From an uncultured Cryptobacterium sp. (GTDB lineage: Bacteria; Actinomycetota; Coriobacteriia; Coriobacteriales; Eggerthellaceae), in contig CAZDCX010000003.1 in assembly GCA_964504115.1 (NCBI GenBank), forward strand, positions 14,796 through 78,795: 64,000 nt of DNA. Direction: 5' to 3'. Below are positions 41,365 through 51,025 of the stretch, one piece after another. The notes under the pieces are model-generated. The model had not been told where the DNA came from. It did no database searches and saw nothing but the letters and a program-made list of their open reading frames with translations. The first letter of the stretch is position 1, and each line of letters starts with the position of its first letter. Both the position numbers and the translations under genes were made by a program.

Positions 41365-43530
41365 GTGAAGGAGAATTTTATGGAAACGTCTTGCGACGCC
41401 ATCTTTGAAGCAGAACAAAACCATCTTTCTGAAACGTATAGCACCCTCTGCGAGTTGGAAGAATCTGTTGCCACGCGCATGGCCTCAACTGCCGCAGCAG
41501 CCAGTGCAGATAAACGAGCAATGTCGGATGAAATAGCTTCAAACTTTGCCAGCGAAGGCGAAAAACAGGAAACCTATATTGAATATGCATCGGTTAACAG
41601 CGTTATCGAAAGCTACAACCAAATGCAAGCAACCGATGCCGAAAAAATGACACGTATCCGTATTCTCAAGCAACAGCCCTACTTTGCGAAAATAGTTTTG
41701 CGTTTCAAGGAAGGCCAGGAGCCCCGCGAGATCTACCTTGGCAACGTTGGCATCTCTGACGAGCAGTATCGTCGCCTCGTTGTAGATTGGCGCTCGCCCG
41801 TTGCAGAGCTGTATTACAACCAATCCAATGGACCCACATCATACCAAGCCAATGGCCGCACTATTAAGGTAGACATGCAGCTGCGCCGCCAATTTGATAT
41901 AGAGCAAAACCATTTACATGCCTATTTTGATACAACCGTTGCAATTCAAGACAAGCTCCTTCTTGCATCACTCACGCGCAAGCGCTCGGCACATATGCAG
42001 GCCATTACCGCAACCATTCAAAAAGAGCAAAATACCGTTGTTCGCCATGAGGATGTTCCTGTTTTGCTGGTAAACGGCATCGCGGGCAGCGGCAAAACGT
42101 CGGTATTGCTGCAACGTATTGCCTACCTGTTCTACCAAAATCGCGAGAGCCTCAACCCTGAAGATGTGTTTTTAGTAACCCCAAATCCGGTGTTTCGCAC
42201 TTATATCGATACCGTTTTGCCCAATATGGGAGAGCGCAACCCCCATATTCTTACTCGCCAGGAGTTTTTCCAAGGCTTTATTCCACCCGGGCGCAACTTT
42301 GAGCAGCAGCACACAACGCTCGATATGCTCAAGCGCATCGATGAGGCAACCGTGCATCTCGCTTTTGAGCCGAAAGATTTCAAAGATATAAAATGCGCAG
42401 GCACAAAACTCATAGGCGCCAATCAAATTGTAAAGCTCTCGCATAAATATAAAAAATTCCCTGCAGGCCCGCGCCAGATCACTATGATGCGCGAAGAGCT
42501 CGAGCAACGCTTGGAAAGCCGCCTTGCGCAAATGGCAGCAACAGAAGATGTGCAAAACTACCTGGCCGATCTTGCCCCCAATGAGCAGCTCCGTTTATTT
42601 AATGAACCTTACAATCCTCAAACGGCTGAAGAAGCGCGCGATTTTGCCCTGCGCTACCTGAAGCAAAAGTACGCTGATGCCTTCACGGCTGTTCACAACG
42701 ATTACTGGTTGCGCGTTGATCGTATTGCACGGCGGCTCCTGGGAACCGAGAGTCTCACCCTGCTCGAATGGTTGTACTTAAAAATGGCATGCACTGGTTT
42801 GAGCAATCCGCAAGCACAGTATGTCATGATCGATGAAGTCCAAGATTACACCGCCGCCCAGCTGGCTATACTCGCGCGTTATTTCCGCCGCGCACACTTC
42901 CTGCTCTTAGGGGATGAAAACCAGGCAATTCAGACACAAACCGCCTCGTTTTCTGAGGTGCAGACCATTTTTGAAGAGGCTTTCGGGAAGGTAGAAACCT
43001 GCCAGCTCTTGACCAGCTATCGCTCTTCGCCAGCAATTACCAACTTGTTTGCAAGCCTGCTTACCACGCAAGAACAAATGCGTATTTCCTCTGTGCAACG
43101 CGATGACGTTGCCCCACGCTTTGTTACCTGCACAACCGAAGCCTCTCGCATGCAGAGCTTACAAGACCTGATTGATCAGGCAGCCAGCCACGAGGGCCTC
43201 ACCGCCCTTATTACCATAGCGCAAGATGAAGCAGCCTGTTTATATGAGGGCCTTGATGCTGAGGCCTCCGAAAAAGCAACGCTGATCACCGAACACGGAG
43301 CCCTACCTGATGAAGGAGTGATTATATTGGCTCTCCCCCTTGCTAAAGGGCTTGAGTTTGACCACGTTATTATTCCGCAAGCGAACGAGGAAGCCTTCCC
43401 AGCAAACGAGCTTTCACGTCGAAGGCTCTATACTGCTCTTTCGCGTGCGACCAATTCTCTTACGCTCGTAGCTACGAGGGGCTTTACGCCTTTGCTTTCT
43501 GTGCCAGATGCCAGTTGTGATAAAAGGTGA
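41365..43530 (+). CDS. helD: HelD-like RNA polymerase recycling motor (SF1 helicase family)
   Basis: QPYFAKI, IYLGNVGI, VVDWRSPVAELYY, LRRQF, TATIQKEQN, GIAGSGKTSVLLQRIAYL, IDEVQD, GDENQ, YRSS, KGLEFD, LYTALSRAT. Start 41365 or 41380. Confidence 0.88.
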   Translation: MKENFMETSCDAIFEAEQNHLSETYSTLCELEESVATRMASTAAAASADKRAMSDEIASNFASEGEKQETYIEYASVNSVIESYNQMQATDAEKMTRIRILKQQPYFAKIVLRFKEGQEPREIYLGNVGISDEQYRRLVVDWRSPVAELYYNQSNGPTSYQANGRTIKVDMQLRRQFDIEQNHLHAYFDTTVAIQDKLLLASLTRKRSAHMQAITATIQKEQNTVVRHEDVPVLLVNGIAGSGKTSVLLQRIAYLFYQNRESLNPEDVFLVTPNPVFRTYIDTVLPNMGERNPHILTRQEFFQGFIPPGRNFEQQHTTLDMLKRIDEATVHLAFEPKDFKDIKCAGTKLIGANQIVKLSHKYKKFPAGPRQITMMREELEQRLESRLAQMAATEDVQNYLADLAPNEQLRLFNEPYNPQTAEEARDFALRYLKQKYADAFTAVHNDYWLRVDRIARRLLGTESLTLLEWLYLKMACTGLSNPQAQYVMIDEVQDYTAAQLAILARYFRRAHFLLLGDENQAIQTQTASFSEVQTIFEEAFGKVETCQLLTSYRSSPAITNLFASLLTTQEQMRISSVQRDDVAPRFVTCTTEASRMQSLQDLIDQAASHEGLTALITIAQDEAACLYEGLDAEASEKATLITEHGALPDEGVIILALPLAKGLEFDHVIIPQANEEAFPANELSRRRLYTALSRATNSLTLVATRGFTPLLSVPDASCDKR

Positions 43531-43572
43531 GTAAGCACGCTCTTGCGCAGGCGCTACCTTGCAGCAGCACAA

Positions 43573-44385
43573 CTAAAGAGCAAATAAAGTCAAAAGCCAG
43601 GCACCACTTATAATCCACGCCATTGCGGCAAACCACACGATAGCAACCACGATGCGTATGGGGGTGGGTACGCGTAAATTCTTGCTGGGAACCATAAACA
43701 TAGCTATCAAGCCCCCCAAAGCGCCGCCCAGATGGCCACTTAAGGAAACACTGGGCATAGCAAGCGAATAGAGCACATTGAGCCCAATCACGCTGAGCAT
43801 TGCCTTACTGTATTGGGAAAACTGAGCACGATGATGCTTGGAGAGCAGCCCCAGCAAGGCAACAGCAATAAACAAGCCAAAAATACTCGTTGACGCACCA
43901 GCGCTCACCGCAAAGCTGCCCGTTATTATATCGGTTACATACGAGACCACGTTGCCGGTAATGCCTGCTACAAAATAGAGCAGCACAAAATTGCCTTTTC
44001 CCAACATAGGCTCAAGCATCACACCAACGCTATACAGCGCCACCATATTAAACACGAGATGCATCAGATCAACATGCAAAAACATGGGTGCTACAAACCG
44101 ATAGACATCAGCCAGAGTTTGCACGGCAGGCGCATACATCGCCCCCAGATCGTACAGAACCATCACCGAGATATCAGGATTGAAGCCCGAAAGCACTACC
44201 TCAACTATATAAATCGCCACATTCAGCGCCATAATGATAAGGGTAACCAAGCAGTAAAAATATTTCTCAAAAAAACTTGGCTGCGTTTGTGCGAGAAGCT
44301 CTTTGAGCTCATCATCATTAATAACACGGCGATTATCGCCTCCTGCAGACCATGGCTCATTGTGAGGTTGAGACTCTGGCACCAA
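43573..44385 (-). CDS. Rhomboid intramembrane serine protease
   Basis: YRFVAPMFLHVDLMHLVFNM, GAS catalytic Ser motif (SAGASTSIFG), SGHLGG. Confidence 0.93.
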   Translation of the reverse strand: MVPESQPHNEPWSAGGDNRRVINDDELKELLAQTQPSFFEKYFYCLVTLIIMALNVAIYIVEVVLSGFNPDISVMVLYDLGAMYAPAVQTLADVYRFVAPMFLHVDLMHLVFNMVALYSVGVMLEPMLGKGNFVLLYFVAGITGNVVSYVTDIITGSFAVSAGASTSIFGLFIAVALLGLLSKHHRAQFSQYSKAMLSVIGLNVLYSLAMPSVSLSGHLGGALGGLIAMFMVPSKNLRVPTPIRIVVAIVWFAAMAWIISGAWLLTLFAL

Positions 44386-44409
44386 TGACTCCTTTAGTTT
44401 GAAGTGAAC

Positions 44410-45195
44410 CTAGTATAAGTCTACCCGACGATGGTCAAGCACGGGCATACGCTTGCGCACGGCAGTTTTAAGGGCGGTATCAATATGAGCCACTACCAGC
44501 GCTTCATCGGGGCCAGCAGCCGCCAGCACCACTCCTTGCGGATCGACGACACAGCTCTGACCAAGGTATGATTTATCAGCGCGGCTCACACCCGCAACAA
44601 AAATACCATTTTCTATGGCGCGCGCCCGTAAAAGAGTACGCCATTGATCAGCCTTCAAAGGCCCATCTACCCATGCAGCTGGATAAATCATCAAATCGCA
44701 GCCTGCTAGCGCAGCACGGCGAGCAACTTCCGGAAACCGCAAATCATAACAAATGGCAAGCCCCAGCATGCCAAAGGGAGTTTCGATGGGATCAAACAGC
44801 TCATCTCCTGCCGTCATACGATCTGACTCATGAGTAAAATCCGTATCAAAGAGGTGCACTTTGCGATATACCCCTTGCTGGATCCCTTGATCATCCACCA
44901 CAACAGCACTGTTAAAAGGATTACCCGAAGGGTTTAGTTCATTGACGGTGTAGACCATCCATATGCCATATTCGCGGGCAATGCTATTTACTGCTTGGGT
45001 GAAAGCACCACCAAGAGGCTCAGCCTCATGCAAAAACTGCTCTTTATCAGTTTCATATACGCTCATCAACGACTCGGGAAATATCAGCAAATCAACGCCT
45101 TGTTTTTGAGCTTTGTTGGCATACGATTTCACGAGCTCTACCACGTTTCCATCAGAGGGATGGCACGTTTGTGCAAGACCTATGGTGTATTCCAT
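44410..45195 (-). CDS. Carbon-nitrogen hydrolase (Nit1-like)
   Basis: E-K-C triad: IFPES, YRKVHLFD, ICYDLRFPE; RARAIEN. Start trimmed to ATG 45195. Confidence 0.93.
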   Translation of the reverse strand: MEYTIGLAQTCHPSDGNVVELVKSYANKAQKQGVDLLIFPESLMSVYETDKEQFLHEAEPLGGAFTQAVNSIAREYGIWMVYTVNELNPSGNPFNSAVVVDDQGIQQGVYRKVHLFDTDFTHESDRMTAGDELFDPIETPFGMLGLAICYDLRFPEVARRAALAGCDLMIYPAAWVDGPLKADQWRTLLRARAIENGIFVAGVSRADKSYLGQSCVVDPQGVVLAAAGPDEALVVAHIDTALKTAVRKRMPVLDHRRVDLY

Positions 45196-45342
45196 ACCAA
45201 CCAACCTATCGTTGTAATTGCTTATATGCCTCAGTGGCATTGTAGCGCACCGCTCTTGCTGTGTGAGCAGTATCGCCGGCCCAAGTTGCTCCCTCAACAG
45301 GTATACTTTTTTCGTTCTTGTTTCAGGCGTAAAGGAACCGGT

Positions 45343-45987
45343 ATGTCAACTTATCTCACCATACAAGGCACAGCAACGGCCGAAATTGAAGAGAAAAAGA
45401 GCCGCTTTATAGCCCAACTTGCTCATGTTGAAACCGAAGAAGAAGCACTCGAATTTCTTGAAGCTATTCGTAGCAAGCACCGCATGGCACGCCATAACGT
45501 GTACGCATATATCATACAAGGCAGCGCAGCCACCGAGCGCATTCGCTACTCCGATGATGGAGAGCCACAAAAAACCGCTGGCCTTCCCACCTTGCAAGCC
45601 TTGCAACATGCAGGCCTGACCAATGTCGTGGTAGTAGTAACGCGCTATTTTGGGGGTACGCTTTTGGGCACCGGTGGGCTTGTTCGCGCCTATACACAAG
45701 CCACTCAAGCCGGGATTGCTGCCGCTTGTGTTGTTAGCATCTCTTGCTGCGTTGATATAACCGTTACCTGCGCTTATTCGCAATACGACCAACTCATACG
45801 CCTTGCTCATGATTGCCAAGCACAGGTGATAAACACCAGCTATACCGATTGCGTCACAGTTGCCCTTCGTATGCTTGACGGCACGCAAGAGCCTTTAACA
45901 AAAAGCTTGACAGAACTGTTTCATGGTAAAGAGCCGTTTACGGTATCTGACCCTTTTTATGCCGCTTTTAGCACCAAAGCCGGTTAG
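45343..45987 (+). CDS. yigZ: YigZ/IMPACT family protein
   Basis: [44 protein letters not shown]; ATG 45343 after AAAGGA. Confidence 0.94.
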   Translation: MSTYLTIQGTATAEIEEKKSRFIAQLAHVETEEEALEFLEAIRSKHRMARHNVYAYIIQGSAATERIRYSDDGEPQKTAGLPTLQALQHAGLTNVVVVVTRYFGGTLLGTGGLVRAYTQATQAGIAAACVVSISCCVDITVTCAYSQYDQLIRLAHDCQAQVINTSYTDCVTVALRMLDGTQEPLTKSLTELFHGKEPFTVSDPFYAAFSTKAG

Positions 45988-46487
45988 CGATTGGTAACTG
46001 TTTCGGGATATAGATCGTGATGAGATAAGCGATCCCACGCTACATCTTCCCATCGGGTGCCTGGGCGGCCATAGTTACAATACGGGTCGATCGAAATCCC
46101 CCCACGCGGCAAAAACTTGCCCCACACCTCGATATATTTTGGATCCATAAGTGCAATAAGGTCATTCATGATGATATTGATGCAATCCTCATGAAAGTCG
46201 CCATGGTTGCGAAATGAGAACAAGTATAACTTCAAACTTTTACTTTCAACCATACGCTGATCAGGGACATAGGATATATAGATCGTTGCAAAATCGGGTT
46301 GGCCGGTAATAGGACACAGCGAGGTAAATTCCGGGCAGTTGAATTTGACAAAATAATCGCGCTGAGGATGTTTATTCTCAAACGTCTCTAAAACACGAGG
46401 ATCATAATCGCTGGCGTAATGCACCTGCTGATTTCCTAATAAGGTTATTCCCTCTATTTCTTTCTTATCAGGCTCACTTTGCGTCAT
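45984..46487 (-). CDS. queF: NADPH-dependent preQ0 reductase (type I QueF)
   Basis: [46 protein letters not shown]. Confidence 0.97.
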   Translation of the reverse strand: MTQSEPDKKEIEGITLLGNQQVHYASDYDPRVLETFENKHPQRDYFVKFNCPEFTSLCPITGQPDFATIYISYVPDQRMVESKSLKLYLFSFRNHGDFHEDCINIIMNDLIALMDPKYIEVWGKFLPRGGISIDPYCNYGRPGTRWEDVAWDRLSHHDLYPETVTNR

Positions 46488-46599
46488 ACCTTGCCATCCT
46501 TTCCAAAAACCCGTCACCCACCAGGAGCGTGCCCGCTGCCGTGCAAGCAACAAGAAATGCTTGTTCGCCCCTGCAAGCAGTACCTCTCAAGCAGCCAAT

Positions 46600-47307
46600 T
46601 TATTTTTTCTGCAACAGAGGATCAACCACACCATTTGCCTCAAACGCAGCTGCTCGGTCGATACACGTACCGCACACACCACAAGGTGTTTGACCACCTT
46701 CATAGCAGGACCACGTCAGCTCATAAGGCACTTGCAAGGCAAGACCTTGCTTTACGATATCGGCCTTTGAACGTTCCACGAAAGGGGCTTCTAACCGCAA
46801 AATCCCGCCGGTACCCTGTTGTATGGCGGCATCCATCGCTTTCACAAACTCCAGGGAACAATCAGGGTAAGCGTTTCCTGCCCAATCATCATGGTGAGCA
46901 CCGTAGTAGAGCACTTCACATCCAAGAGAAAGTGCCAGAGAAGCTGCAGCTGACAAAAAGAGCCCGTTTCGAAACGGGACGTACGTACTTACAAGATCAT
47001 CGCTGCTCTGTGCCAACTGCTCGGCATAGCTGTGCTGCGGTATCTTTTGCGTAGAATGGGATAGAAGCGAGCAATTGCTCTCGGCAAAGATGCTGCTCAC
47101 ATCAAGAAATCGCTGCTCAACGCCATAATAGCGTGCAACCGCGCGAGCAGCCTCAAGCTCCTTAGCATGACGCTGCCCATAGGCTATGCTCAGCGCATAC
47201 ACCTGCGAAGCGCCATACTTGCCCGCCACTTGGGCGAGCAAAGTGGTTGAGTCAACCCCACCACTGCAAAGCACCAAGGCCTTTGCGGCTGGCTCTTTTT
47301 GCATCAT
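46600..47307 (-). CDS. queC: 7-cyano-7-deazaguanine synthase
   Basis: SGGVDST, YGQRH, STYVPFRNGLF, YPDC, TWSCY..CGVCGTCIDR; SD AGAGGAG before 47307. Confidence 0.97.
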   Translation of the reverse strand: MMQKEPAAKALVLCSGGVDSTTLLAQVAGKYGASQVYALSIAYGQRHAKELEAARAVARYYGVEQRFLDVSSIFAESNCSLLSHSTQKIPQHSYAEQLAQSSDDLVSTYVPFRNGLFLSAAASLALSLGCEVLYYGAHHDDWAGNAYPDCSLEFVKAMDAAIQQGTGGILRLEAPFVERSKADIVKQGLALQVPYELTWSCYEGGQTPCGVCGTCIDRAAAFEANGVVDPLLQKK

Positions 47308-47350
47308 TGAATCAGCTCCTCTATAAGAACTCAAACGCTTCCCTAACACC

Positions 47351-48241
47351 TCAGACTCCCCTGTCGCGATGGGGCCAAATAATTTTGTGCAGTTGAAGCT
47401 GTAGCCGTACTTGAAAAAGATTATGTTGGCGCATAAACGCAACAATCTGGGCAGGCTCGATTTGCCCAAACACCGGGCTGACATACACCAAGCAGCGCGA
47501 GGCGAGATCATACTGGTGTATTACCCGCTCCATCACTTCAAGATCCTCGATGGTTCCCACCACAAACTTAACCGTGTCATAGGGCTTGAGAAGGGCAAAA
47601 TTATCAGGGTTCATACAAGCTTCCATGCCGCTTGAGGCAGTTTTATAGTCCATCGTAAGCGAAAGGCACGCATGCGCCCTTCCTGCTTGTTGCCTGGTAG
47701 CTCTCGGGCCTGTTTTGTGCAGCGCATACTCTTGGGCAGGATCTGCTATCTGCCCCCGTGCAGGCCCCAGCGCTGCACCTTTGCTCGATGCAGCTCTGTT
47801 AGCGCGAGCATCCTGCCCACACAGCGATTCTCGTAGCCGCACAAAAGGCTCAAGCGAGATTGAACCATTGGTTTCTACTTCGATCCATCGCACGCGAGAC
47901 CCTTGCTCATTTAAGGGCATGGTAACCAGCGCCTGAACAAGCGCAGGGAGATTTGGCTGCAACGCAGGCTCGCCGCCCGTAAGCGTTACGCATTCAACGC
48001 CCGCTTGCTGCACAAAGGCCACAATCTCGGCAATGCTCATAAGTTCATACGGCGCCGTTTGTTGACAAGCCCACTGAGTATCGCAATACGAACAATGAAG
48101 GTTGCAACCAACAAACCTCAGGAAAGCAGAAAGCTTTCCTGCCTGTTGGCCTTCCCCATTAATGCTGACAAAATGCTCCGCCACCGGCAAAACAGCCGAT
48201 AGGGTGTCAGGCTTTTCTTCGATATCGCAAACGTTAGCCAT
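47351..48241 (-). CDS. queE: 7-carboxy-7-deazaguanine synthase (radical SAM)
   Basis: FVSINGEG, GCNLHCSYCDT, TGGEP, IEVETNG, TMDYK, VKFVV, QLQLHKIIW. Confidence 0.95.
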   Translation of the reverse strand: MANVCDIEEKPDTLSAVLPVAEHFVSINGEGQQAGKLSAFLRFVGCNLHCSYCDTQWACQQTAPYELMSIAEIVAFVQQAGVECVTLTGGEPALQPNLPALVQALVTMPLNEQGSRVRWIEVETNGSISLEPFVRLRESLCGQDARANRAASSKGAALGPARGQIADPAQEYALHKTGPRATRQQAGRAHACLSLTMDYKTASSGMEACMNPDNFALLKPYDTVKFVVGTIEDLEVMERVIHQYDLASRCLVYVSPVFGQIEPAQIVAFMRQHNLFQVRLQLQLHKIIWPHRDRGV

Positions 48242-48656
48242 GGTAATAGATGGCACAATTGTTGGGCGTTTCATATACCTCAACCTGAGAGACGGGAAAG
48301 CCTTGTTGCTCTAAACGCTGCGCAAAATAACGTGCCAAATTCTCGGCGGTTGTACGAAACGGCACGATAGATAAAACAAAGCCTTCTTCCTTCAAGCACT
48401 GAAGGGTTTTTTCCATCAAGGAGCCTTCTTCAAGGACAAAAGAATGATCGAACTCGTCGGTTAAACCGCGAAGAGCGCGTTTGAAATCGCTAAAATCAAC
48501 GACCATATCCTTGTGATCACCCTCAGATTGCAGTTGATCTTGCTTGATATAGGCAACAACACGCCAACGATGACCATGAAGGTTTTCGCACTTGCCATGA
48601 TAGTCGGTTAAAAAATGAGCAGCGTCAAAGCTGCTTTCGGTTTTGAGGCCGTACAT
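48234..48656 (-). CDS. queD: 6-carboxy-5,6,7,8-tetrahydropterin synthase
   Basis: FDAAHFL, KCENLHGH, VVDF, FDHS, TTAENLA, VYETPNN; SD AAGGAG. Confidence 0.96.
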   Translation of the reverse strand: MYGLKTESSFDAAHFLTDYHGKCENLHGHRWRVVAYIKQDQLQSEGDHKDMVVDFSDFKRALRGLTDEFDHSFVLEEGSLMEKTLQCLKEEGFVLSIVPFRTTAENLARYFAQRLEQQGFPVSQVEVYETPNNCAIYYHG

Positions 48657-48723
48657 GTAAAGCTCCTTGATTCTCAAGCTGTCGCCGCACAACAAGAGGT
48701 AAAAGCCCGACGAGCCTATACGA

Positions 48724-48763
48724 CCTAGTTTTGTTTAACGACAGGAGGGTTTCGAACTGTCTG
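48724..48763 (-). ncRNA. preQ1-I riboswitch (type I-like aptamer)
   Basis: Minus strand GACAG-UUCGAAACCCUC-CUGUC-GUUAAACAAAACUAG: 5-bp P1, 12-nt loop and A-rich tail ending CUAG. Lies directly upstream of queD and downstream of a TATAGT -10 (48780-48775). Confidence 0.9.
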
Positions 48764-48917
48764 TATGTTGTCTTACTATAACGGGCGCACCCGCAACTTG
48801 CTAGCAAGTTGAGACGAATGCGCCCGAAATGCACGATTATAAGGTGCCCCGTGTTTCTATGCGTCAAGTACTAAACCCGAAGAGTTGAGGGGCTGAGCGG
48901 CTTATGCGCCCCCGTAC

Positions 48918-50144
48918 TTACCGAGAGGCCATAACGCGCTCGATGCGTGCCACTCCTTCTTTGGTAGCCTGCGCATCACCAAAAGCGGAAAGACGGATGT
49001 ATCCCTCACCCGAAGGACCAAAACCTGCACCCGGCGTGGTAATAACATTGGCCTCTTCCAAAAGTAGAGTAAATAGGTCCCACGAGCCCATGCCATTGGG
49101 CGCCTTGCACCACACATAGGGGCTGTTTACCGCGCCATACACATCAAAGCCCGCGCGCTCTAAGCCTTCCTTGATCACCCGCGCATTGCTGCGATAATAA
49201 TCGAGCGTTTGCTCAACCTGAGCTGCACCTTCTTCAGAATAAACTGCCGCGGCGCCCTTTTGAATAACATATGATGCACCATTGAACTTGGTGGTCTGAC
49301 GGCGATTCCATAGTGCATTTAAGCTTTGACCATCACGCACTAATGCCTTTGGTACAACGGTATAACCGCATCGAGCGCCGGTGAAGCCTGCCGTTTTAGA
49401 GAAGGAGCGAAATTCGATGGCGCACGTTTTAGCACCCGGTACCTCAAAGATGGAATGAGGTATGTTCTCTTCACTGATGAAACGCTCATAAGCCGCATCG
49501 AACATAATGATTGAGCCGTGTGCGTTAGCATAATCAACCCAAGCTTTAAGTTGTTCGGTATTCAAGACCGTGCCGGTTGGATTATTGGGCGAACAGAGAT
49601 AAATAACATCTACCACCTCATCGGGCAGCGCGGGTGAGAAATTGTTTTCGGCCGTTGTGGGCATGTAATAGATGTTGCTCCAGCCCTGAGCCTCTTCATC
49701 ATACTCACCAGCACGACCTGCCATGGCATTGGTGTCAACATAGACGGGATATACCGGATCACAAACAGCAATTTTGTTCTCAACTGCCAGGATGTCGCCA
49801 ATATTACCGCAATCACTCTTGGCACCATCAGAAACAAAAATTTCGTCATCTTCAATTTCAACGCCGCGCGCACGAAAATCTTGCTCGGCTATGACAGAGC
49901 GTAAGAAATCGTAACCTTGCTCTGGGCCATAGCCATGAAACGTTTCTACCTGGGCGAGATCGTCAACCGCCTCATGCATAGCCGCCACAACAGCAGGAGC
50001 CAGGGGGCGCGTTACATCACCAATACCCATTTTGATAAGCGTTGCCTCGGGATGAGCTTCCTGATACGCCGCGGTGCGGCGAGCAATTTCGGAAAATAGA
50101 TAGCTGCCTGGTAACTTGGCATAGTTTTCGTTGACGTGAGCCAC
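48918..50144 (-). CDS. dapL: LL-diaminopimelate aminotransferase
   Basis: GSYLFSEI, MGIGDVT, GYGPEQGY, SDGAKSD, CSPNNPTG, RSFSKTAGFTGARCG; GTG 50144 with SD AAAGGAG. Confidence 0.96.
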   Translation of the reverse strand: MAHVNENYAKLPGSYLFSEIARRTAAYQEAHPEATLIKMGIGDVTRPLAPAVVAAMHEAVDDLAQVETFHGYGPEQGYDFLRSVIAEQDFRARGVEIEDDEIFVSDGAKSDCGNIGDILAVENKIAVCDPVYPVYVDTNAMAGRAGEYDEEAQGWSNIYYMPTTAENNFSPALPDEVVDVIYLCSPNNPTGTVLNTEQLKAWVDYANAHGSIIMFDAAYERFISEENIPHSIFEVPGAKTCAIEFRSFSKTAGFTGARCGYTVVPKALVRDGQSLNALWNRRQTTKFNGASYVIQKGAAAVYSEEGAAQVEQTLDYYRSNARVIKEGLERAGFDVYGAVNSPYVWCKAPNGMGSWDLFTLLLEEANVITTPGAGFGPSGEGYIRLSAFGDAQATKEGVARIERVMASR

Positions 50145-50274
50145 GAATAATCTCCTTTGATCGCATGCATGTGTCGACACAGTATGATACTACAGCTCTC
50201 GTGTCGTAGAGGTTTCGCTAAGTCAAGAGAATACTTTTTAAGCATCCTCATAACCCTAGCAAATTCTCCAGCTG

Positions 50275-50703
50275 CTATGAAACGGGGCTATCAAGAATGG
50301 AAGAATCAAATATAGCAACGGTACAAGTACCCTTTAAAACCACTTCGCCCCCAGGGCGTTTAATGCAAACTTCTGTTACCGCACTACGATGACCCGCATG
50401 AATGATGGTGCCCACCACTTGCAGATATTCATCATCGGTGCGTGCGGGACGCAAAAAGTTGATATTCACCGACATGGTTGCGTTTTCTCGGCCAAGAGTA
50501 TCTACCACACCTGCCCCTGCCATATCTGCCAGCGCGAGGAGAAATCCACCGTGCACGGTGCCGATATTGTTGCCACAATCAGAGCCAGGGTATGCGCGAA
50601 ACTCAAAGTATCCTTCACGAGCCTCCACAAATTCTGAGCGATCAAAACCCCGAAGATTGATTACATCTTCCTTGCAATACTGCAATACCTTTGGATCTAG
50701 CAT
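50275..50703 (-). CDS. PaaI family thioesterase
   Basis: NNIGTVHGGFLLALADMAG, INFLRPA hotdog motifs. Confidence 0.9.
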   Translation of the reverse strand: MLDPKVLQYCKEDVINLRGFDRSEFVEAREGYFEFRAYPGSDCGNNIGTVHGGFLLALADMAGAGVVDTLGRENATMSVNINFLRPARTDDEYLQVVGTIIHAGHRSAVTEVCIKRPGGEVVLKGTCTVAIFDSSILDSPVS

Positions 50704-51025
50704 AGTGCCCCCATCAAAACGTATCCTTTAAGCGCTTATACAATCGCACAAGGTTTACCAAACCGCGCTTATTAAACCATCAACCCTTTCTCGCAGAAGC
50801 GCACTACTTATGCTAAGGCAAAAGTTTTAGCACTCACGGCTCAAAGGGCGCTGGCAATGGCGTTGTATCCACGCCAAGAAATAAGAAGCGCAATACCGCT
50901 ATAGAAAGCCCACGCAAGGCATGCACGGCCACCTGCACGAGCCGCTAAAAAACCATTGCCTTTAATCATTACACTCAATGTTCTCAAGTACATGTTGGCA
51001 AACTGGTAGATAAAGCCTTACCTCT

